DNA of 22,116 bases from Candidatus Sericytochromatia bacterium (GTDB taxonomy: Bacteria > Cyanobacteriota > Sericytochromatia > S15B-MN24 > JAQBPE01), in assembly GCA_035285125.1 (NCBI GenBank), contig JAYKHR010000086.1, positions 1 to 22,116 of the forward strand, in the 5' to 3' direction. The notes under the pieces were generated by a model that worked only from the letters and a program-made list of their open reading frames with translations, searched no databases and was not told the DNA's origin. The translations under genes and the position numbers were made by a program. Each line of letters begins with the position of its first letter. Position 1 is the first letter of the stretch. This document shows, one piece after another, positions 15,250-22,116 of this stretch.

Positions 15250-17754
15250 ATGATGGCTCGCCGCCGCCTCCTCCCGCTGATCGTCATCCAGACCCTGCTC
15301 GCCGGCTGCGCCGGCGCCGGGGCGCTCGGCGGCGTGAGGGCCGGCTCGTTCGTGATGGGCGACGCGTGGCGGAACCTGGCTGAGCCCCGGGGCGTCGACT
15401 GGTCGACGCAGCAGTTGCAGGCCGCTGGCCTCGGGGACCGCCGGCAGGCCTTCGTCGAGGGCCTGGCCCGCAGCCAGCGAGCGATGGACGCCCTCCCTCG
15501 CTTCTCGCTGACCGGCGCCTGGCCCGGCGTGGGTGGCTCCAACTGGGGCGGCACGCCGAAGGGCCGCCTGATCACCGACCTGGTGCCGGCGGCCAACGAG
15601 ATCTGCAACGGGATGGCGGCCGGGATGTACTGGGATGCCGCCTCCAACCGGCGCTTCATCTACATGCTCTCGCAGAACGGGCGCTTCATCCGCGTGCCGA
15701 GCGACTCGGCCAACCTGGCGGCAGACGCGGCCGTGCTCGACCTCGGCGACACCTTCAACAACACCAGCATCGTGATGAGCCCAGCGTGCTCCCGGGCCTA
15801 CGTGCTCTCCGACAACGCCAAGCTCTTCGTGATCAAGCTGGCCGACACGCTGAGCCTTATCAACACCGGCGGCACCCAGATCGGGGGGGCAGGGGCCACC
15901 GCCAACTACCTGGCCCCCATGCTCGACGCCGGGCAGTCTCTGCACGACGACAACAGCGACGTCCTGTACGTGCCCGTCAACAACGGCAACGTCTACAAGG
16001 TGGCCTTTCAGCCCCACATGACGGCGCCCACGCAGACGGGCGGGCCCTACGCCGTGGCGACCAGCGCGAACGCGCGGACGGGCTGCACGGGTTGCGGCGA
16101 GTTCAGCAGCTACAAGCTCGCCGCCCACGGCATCGCCTTCAAGGGGCGCCTCTTCCTCGGCGACACCGAGGGCGTCCTGCACGACTACGACACCAGGCCC
16201 GCGACGCCGACGGACACGCCCTACGCGCTCGGCACGGTGGCCGGCATCGCAGCGCCGCCCGCCATCGACCTTCAGGCCGGCACCACCACGGTCACGCGGC
16301 CGGACGGCAGCTCGTACACGGTGCTCGATCTCGAGCCCAACCACGCCTTCGTCAACGTCACGCGCGGGCCAGGGCCGGTCTGCGCCTGGGTCGACCTCGG
16401 CCAGAAGACCGTGACCTTCTCGCGGCCCCTGTTTCTTGACGACAACGACACGACGGACAGCCGGGAGTTCTTCGGCGACATGGCCGAATACAACCACGAG
16501 GTCGCGCCGTCCGCCTCGGGCACCGTGTCGATCGAGGTCGGCGACTCCGTCTCCGTGGCCGACACCGCCGGCGGCACGCTCTCTGGGTCCGATGCCTACG
16601 TCGCGACGCCGCTGTCGGCCTCCACGGGCGGCATCCCGGGCGGCACGGGGGGCTCTGACGCGTTCTTCCGCGTCGACACGAGCAGCCTCGATGCGGGGGC
16701 GCGACTCAAGAAGGCGCGGCTCCGGCTCGTGCACGAGACGGGCTACGCGACCACCGTTGCGGCCCCCCTGGCCGCCCGCGTCGGCGGCTACGACGCCAAC
16801 GGCTCCACGGGCTGGTACCCGCGCAGCGGCAGCGGCATCAACAGCGCCTGGACCCGCACGGCCACCAACCCCCTGGGCCCCGGCACCTCGCCCGTGCTCT
16901 ACAACCGCGCCCCTGCCCGGTCGCTGGACCTTTACGACGGCACCAGCCACACCTTCGGTTCGGATGGCATCTTCACCTGGGAGATCACGGACCTGCTGGT
17001 CGGGCCCGTGCCGACCACCTACAACGCCTTCGCCCTCACCTACGACAGCGGCACGGCCAACTGGGGCACCGCCAGCGGCAACGCCCCCCGCTTCCGGGGC
17101 ACGGGGGACGCCGACGCCACGCGTCGGCCCAAGCTGGAGGTCGACTGGGAGAAGCCGACCAACATCCCGGACTTCCCGGTGGAGACCGGCCCGATCCTGG
17201 ACGCGAGCCGCAAGCGCGTCTACGTCTACGTCGCGAACTTCTTGTTTGCGCTGAAGTACGATGAGCCGGCCCGCTGGAGCGACACCTACCACGACGCCAG
17301 CTTCAGCTTCTCTGCTCAGACCACCTACCAGGCCTCTTTCTTGGGGCGCAGCACCGGCGCGCGCGACCAGAACGACAGCAACGCGTTCATCCGCAACCGG
17401 ACCACGCCCGCGGCGGCATTCAACATGTCGGCCATCTACGTGCTGAGCCGCGGCAAGGGGTCCAGCCACCACGAGCTGGCCGTCTCGAAGCTCACACCGG
17501 CCACGTCGGGCACCCTGCCCGGCGCGAACCCCTTCGGCACGACGCAGGGCGACAAGGCGGCCGACGCCACGGGTGGCAACGAGGTCGCCACCACCGTCAA
17601 CAACACCCTGACCTCCGGCACCTCGGAGCTGGTCAACCCGGACGGCAGCCGGTTCATGCTGATCGACCCGTACCACAAGATCTTCGAGAAGGGCGGCGAC
17701 CTGTACTTCGGCATCAAGGATCCCAGGCAGGTCTACCGCATCGGCACGGACTGA
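15250..17754 (+). CDS. Cassette gene A: lipoprotein, probable PQQ-like beta-propeller with an inserted DNRLRE/CBM96-like domain (834 aa)
   Basis: Lipobox LLAG-C. Propeller-like blade motifs (LAPMLD, GRLFLGDTEGVLH, GIAAPPAI, PVETGPILD..RKRVYV, GGDLYFG). Insert AFFRVDTSSL..ARLKKARLRL...FTWEITDLL...RPKLEV. Full-length paralog at 19224. The CDS is secure, but the fold is inferred. Confidence 0.75.
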   Translation: MMARRRLLPLIVIQTLLAGCAGAGALGGVRAGSFVMGDAWRNLAEPRGVDWSTQQLQAAGLGDRRQAFVEGLARSQRAMDALPRFSLTGAWPGVGGSNWGGTPKGRLITDLVPAANEICNGMAAGMYWDAASNRRFIYMLSQNGRFIRVPSDSANLAADAAVLDLGDTFNNTSIVMSPACSRAYVLSDNAKLFVIKLADTLSLINTGGTQIGGAGATANYLAPMLDAGQSLHDDNSDVLYVPVNNGNVYKVAFQPHMTAPTQTGGPYAVATSANARTGCTGCGEFSSYKLAAHGIAFKGRLFLGDTEGVLHDYDTRPATPTDTPYALGTVAGIAAPPAIDLQAGTTTVTRPDGSSYTVLDLEPNHAFVNVTRGPGPVCAWVDLGQKTVTFSRPLFLDDNDTTDSREFFGDMAEYNHEVAPSASGTVSIEVGDSVSVADTAGGTLSGSDAYVATPLSASTGGIPGGTGGSDAFFRVDTSSLDAGARLKKARLRLVHETGYATTVAAPLAARVGGYDANGSTGWYPRSGSGINSAWTRTATNPLGPGTSPVLYNRAPARSLDLYDGTSHTFGSDGIFTWEITDLLVGPVPTTYNAFALTYDSGTANWGTASGNAPRFRGTGDADATRRPKLEVDWEKPTNIPDFPVETGPILDASRKRVYVYVANFLFALKYDEPARWSDTYHDASFSFSAQTTYQASFLGRSTGARDQNDSNAFIRNRTTPAAAFNMSAIYVLSRGKGSSHHELAVSKLTPATSGTLPGANPFGTTQGDKAADATGGNEVATTVNNTLTSGTSELVNPDGSRFMLIDPYHKIFEKGGDLYFGIKDPRQVYRIGTD

Positions 17755-17764
17755 GGCCGTGCCG

Positions 17765-19171
17765 ATGCTCCCCCGCCTCGGGCGCCTCTGGGCGCCTGCC
17801 TGCAGCCTCCTCGTGGGGGCCTGTGGGCCCGTGATCTCCGCGCCTGTCGGCGCCTCCTTCAGCTTCGTGGACGAGGCCACCCGCCCGCCTGGCGGGCCCG
17901 GGGCCCCGTCGGGCGCCCCCGCGGGCCTGCCCGTGCGAACCGCTGGCGCAGCGGGCGGGTCGGCTGGCGGGGAGGCCGGGGCGGCAGCCGGCGGTGGGGG
18001 GGCTGCGGTCGGAGGGGGGCCCGTGGCCCCGGGGGGCGTGGTCCTGGCCGAGGGTGAGGACGAGGCGCGGCCCGTGGCCGGGGCCTGGGTCGCCAGCCTG
18101 GACGGCCGCCGCGTCACGAGCGATGCGCAGGGCCGGTTCTCGTGGAGCGGCGGCGTGCCCGCGGGCGGGGTGTGGCTGGCCGGGGCGCCGGGGCACGTGA
18201 GCTCGCTGGTGTCGGGCTACGCGCCCGAGGGGCCTCCCACCCTCCACCTGCAGCCGCTGGCCCGTCCCGTCGCGAGCCGGCCGCAGGCCAGCCCGCCACT
18301 CGTGACGCTGACGGGCACCATCGAGGCCCCGGATGGCGGCGCCATGCAGGGCGTCAGCGTCGTGGTGGGGGGCGCTGCCGTCGAGACGGCGGCCACGGCC
18401 GTCACGGATCCCACGGGGCGCTTCTCCCTGCGGGCCCGCGTCGCGGCGGCCGGCGGGGAGGCGACGCTGATCGCCACCGATCCGCAGGGCCGAGGCATCG
18501 GCGTGGCCCCGGGCCTGACCCTGACGGGGCTGGACCAGGCGCTCTCGCCGGTGCGCGTCACGGCGACCACGCACGCGCTCGAGGTGCGCGTGGCGGCCGT
18601 GGCCGAGCTGCCGCTGCCCGTGACGGCCATGAAGGTCGTGGCCCCGGACGGCACGGCGGCGACGCTGGTGCCGGTCGCCGGCAAGCTGCGTCTGGCCGAC
18701 CTCCTGGGGGTGCGCTACGACCTTCGCATCGAGGCGCAGGCCGTCGACGGCAGCGCCTACAGCCTGATCGAACGGCCGGGCCTGGTGCCGGACTGGACGC
18801 AACCCGAGGCCGTGCGGGAGGAGGTGCTGCTCGCGCCCCCGGCCTTCGAGCCACCCGTGCCCGTGGCCATCGGCGCCACCCTGAGCTGGTCCCCCGTCTC
18901 GGGTGCCGTCGGCTACACGGTCCGCCTGACGGCCCCGCGCAGCGAGGGGGGCTGGCCGTGGGAGGGCTTCTCGGTGGCCCCGCAGCTGGCCCTGTCGCTG
19001 CCGGACGCCGAGCTGGGACCGGGCCTCTACCGCCTTGGCGTGACGGCCTGGGACGCCCCGGGCGCCACGCCCCGCGCGCTCGCCCAGGTCGAGGGGGTGC
19101 GCGCGCTCCGGCGCGTGAACCGCAAGGACGGCCTGCGGGTCGCCCACCGCGAGGTCGACTTCACGCGATGA
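17765..19171 (+). CDS. Cassette gene B: lipoprotein with carboxypeptidase-regulatory-like and Ig/FN3-like beta-sandwich domains (about 468 aa)
   Basis: Lipobox VGA-C, Gly/Ala/Pro linker, RPVAGAWV...TSDAQGRF, LTGTIEAPDG..MQGVSV...TDPTGRFSL, and a C-terminal LSWSPVSGAVGYTVRL...LGPGLYRLGVTA. Start is ATG 17765 or GTG 17759. Confidence 0.75.
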   Translation: MLPRLGRLWAPACSLLVGACGPVISAPVGASFSFVDEATRPPGGPGAPSGAPAGLPVRTAGAAGGSAGGEAGAAAGGGGAAVGGGPVAPGGVVLAEGEDEARPVAGAWVASLDGRRVTSDAQGRFSWSGGVPAGGVWLAGAPGHVSSLVSGYAPEGPPTLHLQPLARPVASRPQASPPLVTLTGTIEAPDGGAMQGVSVVVGGAAVETAATAVTDPTGRFSLRARVAAAGGEATLIATDPQGRGIGVAPGLTLTGLDQALSPVRVTATTHALEVRVAAVAELPLPVTAMKVVAPDGTAATLVPVAGKLRLADLLGVRYDLRIEAQAVDGSAYSLIERPGLVPDWTQPEAVREEVLLAPPAFEPPVPVAIGATLSWSPVSGAVGYTVRLTAPRSEGGWPWEGFSVAPQLALSLPDAELGPGLYRLGVTAWDAPGATPRALAQVEGVRALRRVNRKDGLRVAHREVDFTR

Positions 19172-19223
19172 GGTCGGAGCGCCGGGTATGGATAGGGTGG
19201 CGGGTGAGAGGGGGGCGAGGTCG

Positions 19224-21650
19224 ATGACCCTGCGCAGCGCGGTGTGGCGCCTGCTCGTGGTGGCTGCCGTGCTGGAGGGCTGTGCGGCCGGCGCGCGGCT
19301 GGTGCCGGGCCTGGTGTTCCACGCGGGCCCGGGCGAGCGCAACCTGGCCGAGCCGCGGGGCGTGGACTGGGCCACCAGCCTCATCGGCGCCCCGGGCCTC
19401 GGCGAGCGCCGCCAGGCCTTCGTCGAGGGCTTCCGCCGCAGCCAGGCGGGGCTGGCGGGCCTGCGCGGGTTCTCGCTGCTCGGCACCTGGCCCACGGCCG
19501 CTGCGGGCTGGACGGCGGCGGGCTTCAACCCCACCTCGGTGTCGGCGGGATGCGGCGAGGTCGCCAACGGCATGGCGGCGGGGATGCCCTGGCAGGCTGC
19601 CAGCACCGAGCGCTACGTCTACATGCTCACCACGAACGGCGTCTTCCTCCGGGTTCGCGGGGACGCGCCCGGCACCAGCCCGGCGACCGTGAACCTCAGC
19701 GGCACCTTCGAGCACACCAACATCGCCCTCAGCCCCGCCGCCACGCGGGCCTACGTGCTGAACGGGGCGAGCAAGCTCTTCGTCATCGACCTCAAGACGA
19801 TGACCCTGATCAACACCGGGGGCACCACGGTGGGCAGCAGCACCGCGCACTACCTGGCGCCGGTGGTCGACCCGGGCCTGAGCAAGCACGACGACGCGAA
19901 CGACGTGCTCTACGTCCCGAACAACGACGGCAACGTCTACCAGGTTGGGTTCGGGCGCTTCCAGACGACGCCCACCGTGTCCGCGGCCCGCGCCGTGGCC
20001 ACCGACGCCGTGGCGAAGACGGGCTGCGACGGGTGTTCCGACTTCTCCTCGTACAAGCTCGCGGCGTCCGGCGTGGGGTTCCGGGGCCGGTACTTCGTCG
20101 GAGACACCCAGGGGCGCTTCCACGACTACGACATGGCCAACGCCACGGCCCTCGCGACCTACGCCGTGTCGAGCGTGGCGGGCATCGCCGCGCCCCCGGC
20201 GATCGAGCTCGACGACGCCGCGGCCACCCTTACCAACGCGACGGGGGGCTCGACGACGCTGACGGCCTTCGATCCGCGGCATGCCTTCGTCAACGTGACG
20301 CGGGCCTCCGGCCCTGCCTGCGCCTGGATCGACCTGGCGCGCCGGACCGTGACATTCTCGCAGCCGCTCTTCCTCGACGACCAGGCGACGGACGACTTCG
20401 GGGAGCTCAAGGCCTACGGCTACGACGTGTCGGCCTCGACCACCACGACGATCACGGTCGAGGGCACCAGCACCACGGGGTACTCCCTGTCGGTGGCGGA
20501 CACCAGCGGCGCGACCTTTCCGGCCAACAGCCTCAACTACCTGGCCACCAAGCTGCTGCCCAGCACCGACTTCCTCGACAACGGGGGCGGTGGCAGCAAC
20601 GCCTTCTTTCGCGTGAACACGAGCGGCCTGCCGGCCTCCGATGTCATCACCGATGCCGAGCTCGAGCTCAGGAGCATCCTGACCCGCAGCAACACGCGGA
20701 CGCCGGCCATCTGGCGCGTGGGAGGCCTCGACGCCAGCGGCTCGACGGGCCGCTTGGCGCGGGCCACCTCCACCTTGTGGGACACCGGCACCAACGTATT
20801 GACCACGGACACGGCGCCTGTGATCTTCGACGCCGTGTACGAGAACCGGCAGGGCTTCACGGCGGGATCGGGCCTCTTTGGCTCCACCACCACCTTCACG
20901 GCGACCAACAACTTCCAGTGGCAGGTGCTCGACGCCCTGCCGGCGCCGACGCCCGTCGACCACGTGGCGTTTGCCATGCGCTACAGCGATGGCGACACGG
21001 ACCCGACCTACTACGGAGCCCCCGAGTTCCAGGCCGGCTCGGCTTATTACCCCCGCCTGCGGGTCCGGCACCGCACCGTGGCGAACCGGCCGAGCTTCCC
21101 CGTCGAGACGGCCCCCCTCATCGACGCCACGCGCCGGCGCGTCTTCGTGTACGTCTCGAACGTGCTGTTCTGCCTGAAGTTCAACGACCCGACGGCCTGG
21201 ATGGATGGGGACGGCGGCGACTCGCACACGGGCTACCAGGTGGCCTACCTCGCCCGCGACACGGCCACGGCCAAGTACGGCGCCCGCAACGCAAGCGGCG
21301 CCTACTACCGCAACAAGACCTCGCCAGCGCCGGCCTTCGATCTGTCCAACATCCACGTGCTGAGCCAGGCGTACGACAGCGGCGCGAGCACCTGGCAGGT
21401 CGCGCTCTCCAAAGTTAAGCCTGACCGCTCGTCGTCCACGCGGGCCGCGGACGACCTTGGGGGGGCGGATCGCGACGAGGCCAGGCTCTCGGGCAAGGAG
21501 CTGGTCGTCTCGGGGGCGTCGGTCGCGAGCCCCTACGGGGCGCGCAGCCTGCTCATTGACCCTTACGGCAACATCCTCACCAAGGGCGGCGACCTGTACG
21601 TCGGCCTGGCCGACCCGAACCGGGTCTACCGCTATGGGACGGACGACTAG
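19224..21650 (+). CDS. Cassette gene A': paralog of gene A (808 aa)
   Basis: Lipobox LEG-C. Colinear identical blocks shared with A: RNLAEPRGVDW, RRQAFVEG, NGMAAGM, LINTGGT, DVLYVP, FSSYKLAA, VAGIAAPPAI, HAFVNVTR, PLFLDD, FPVET, LIDPY, KGGDLY and VYRxGTD. Confidence 0.8.
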   Translation: MTLRSAVWRLLVVAAVLEGCAAGARLVPGLVFHAGPGERNLAEPRGVDWATSLIGAPGLGERRQAFVEGFRRSQAGLAGLRGFSLLGTWPTAAAGWTAAGFNPTSVSAGCGEVANGMAAGMPWQAASTERYVYMLTTNGVFLRVRGDAPGTSPATVNLSGTFEHTNIALSPAATRAYVLNGASKLFVIDLKTMTLINTGGTTVGSSTAHYLAPVVDPGLSKHDDANDVLYVPNNDGNVYQVGFGRFQTTPTVSAARAVATDAVAKTGCDGCSDFSSYKLAASGVGFRGRYFVGDTQGRFHDYDMANATALATYAVSSVAGIAAPPAIELDDAAATLTNATGGSTTLTAFDPRHAFVNVTRASGPACAWIDLARRTVTFSQPLFLDDQATDDFGELKAYGYDVSASTTTTITVEGTSTTGYSLSVADTSGATFPANSLNYLATKLLPSTDFLDNGGGGSNAFFRVNTSGLPASDVITDAELELRSILTRSNTRTPAIWRVGGLDASGSTGRLARATSTLWDTGTNVLTTDTAPVIFDAVYENRQGFTAGSGLFGSTTTFTATNNFQWQVLDALPAPTPVDHVAFAMRYSDGDTDPTYYGAPEFQAGSAYYPRLRVRHRTVANRPSFPVETAPLIDATRRRVFVYVSNVLFCLKFNDPTAWMDGDGGDSHTGYQVAYLARDTATAKYGARNASGAYYRNKTSPAPAFDLSNIHVLSQAYDSGASTWQVALSKVKPDRSSSTRAADDLGGADRDEARLSGKELVVSGASVASPYGARSLLIDPYGNILTKGGDLYVGLADPNRVYRYGTDD

Positions 21651-22116
21651 GGGCGCCCGCCTGGGGCGCGCCTGGGTGGGGGGCTTGCTGGCCGTGGCGC
21701 TGGCCGGCGGCTGCGCCGAGGCCGTTCGCTGGCCTGTCGGCACGGCCTTCGTGCTGGGTCGACAGGCCAGCGCTGGCCCGGGTGCGGCGGCCGCCGACGC
21801 ACCGGCCGCCGGCGCGGCGCGCGGCGAGCGGGCGGCCGTCGAGGGCCCTGCGGGCGCCACGGCCACCACGTTCGAGGTGGGCGGGGCCGCCCTCGAGGCG
21901 GGCGCCACCCCGGCGCCGGACGCCCCCGCGCCGGCGGTCGGGGGCGCCAGCGGCCGCGTGGTGGCCCTGGTGGACGGCGAGGCACGGCCCGTGGCGGCCG
22001 CCTGGGTCGCCACCTCGGCGGGCCGCCGGGTCCAGGCAGGGCCTGACGGCCGCTTCCGCTGGGAGGGGGCGGGCCCGGCCGACGGCGTCTGGCTCGCCGG
22101 GGCGCCGGGGCACTTC
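21634..22116 (+). CDS. Cassette gene B': paralog of gene B, truncated by the window end (not in the ORF track)
   Basis: Manual translation from ATG 21634 is stop-free to the window end: MGRTTRGARLGRAWVGGLLAVALAGG-C...EARPVAAAWVATSAGRRVQAGPDGRFRWEGAGPADGVWLAGAPGHF. This aligns to B's EARPVAGAWVASLDGRRVTSDAQGRFSWSGGVPAGGVWLAGAPGHV. Overlaps the 3' end of A' by 17 nt. Confidence 0.85.
   Translation, partial: MGRTTRGARLGRAWVGGLLAVALAGGCAEAVRWPVGTAFVLGRQASAGPGAAAADAPAAGAARGERAAVEGPAGATATTFEVGGAALEAGATPAPDAPAPAVGGASGRVVALVDGEARPVAAAWVATSAGRRVQAGPDGRFRWEGAGPADGVWLAGAPGHF

Noticed and set aside
300..22013. Many long antisense ORFs (for example 300-2525, 6935-9487, 10085-13990, 15142-18117, 19161-22013)
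   Set aside because: They mirror genuine genes on the opposite strand, have no motifs, and are expected in high-GC DNA.
15250..22116. Diversity-generating retroelement, invertase shuffling or CRISPR as the source of the repeats
   Set aside because: No reverse transcriptase, recombinase, near-identical template/variable repeat pair or spaced direct repeats. The paralogs differ by many substitutions and indels, consistent with an old duplication.

Overview
A very GC-rich bacterial window, densely coding with 16 CDS, the last truncated by the window edge. No rRNA, tRNA, CRISPR array or mobile element is recognisable. The left half is housekeeping and regulatory: hrpB helicase (+), then on the minus strand tyrS, a PdtaS/EutW-type kinase, a PdtaR/EutV-type REC-ANTAR regulator, two tandem lower-GC Bor/Iss-like lipoproteins, a Cys/Met-metabolism PLP enzyme, and an ECF sigma / zinc anti-sigma / MucB-RseB operon with its own sigmaE-type promoter. 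The right half is an accessory surface/secreted-protein region. On the minus strand it has a small TM + zinc-ribbon protein, an Ala/Gly-rich amphipathic helical protein that looks membrane-active, and a 927-aa NHL-repeat lipoprotein. On the plus strand is a tandemly repeated two-gene lipoprotein cassette (A-B-A'-B'). A/A' look like beta-propellers carrying a more divergent inserted DNRLRE/CBM96-like domain, and B/B' are carboxypeptidase-regulatory/Ig-like lipoproteins. B' is missing from the ORF track. This cassette array is the best candidate for an undescribed system. The protein style suggests Candidatus Sericytochromatia, but that rests on recall and is unverified. All family calls come from motif reading, not database searches.
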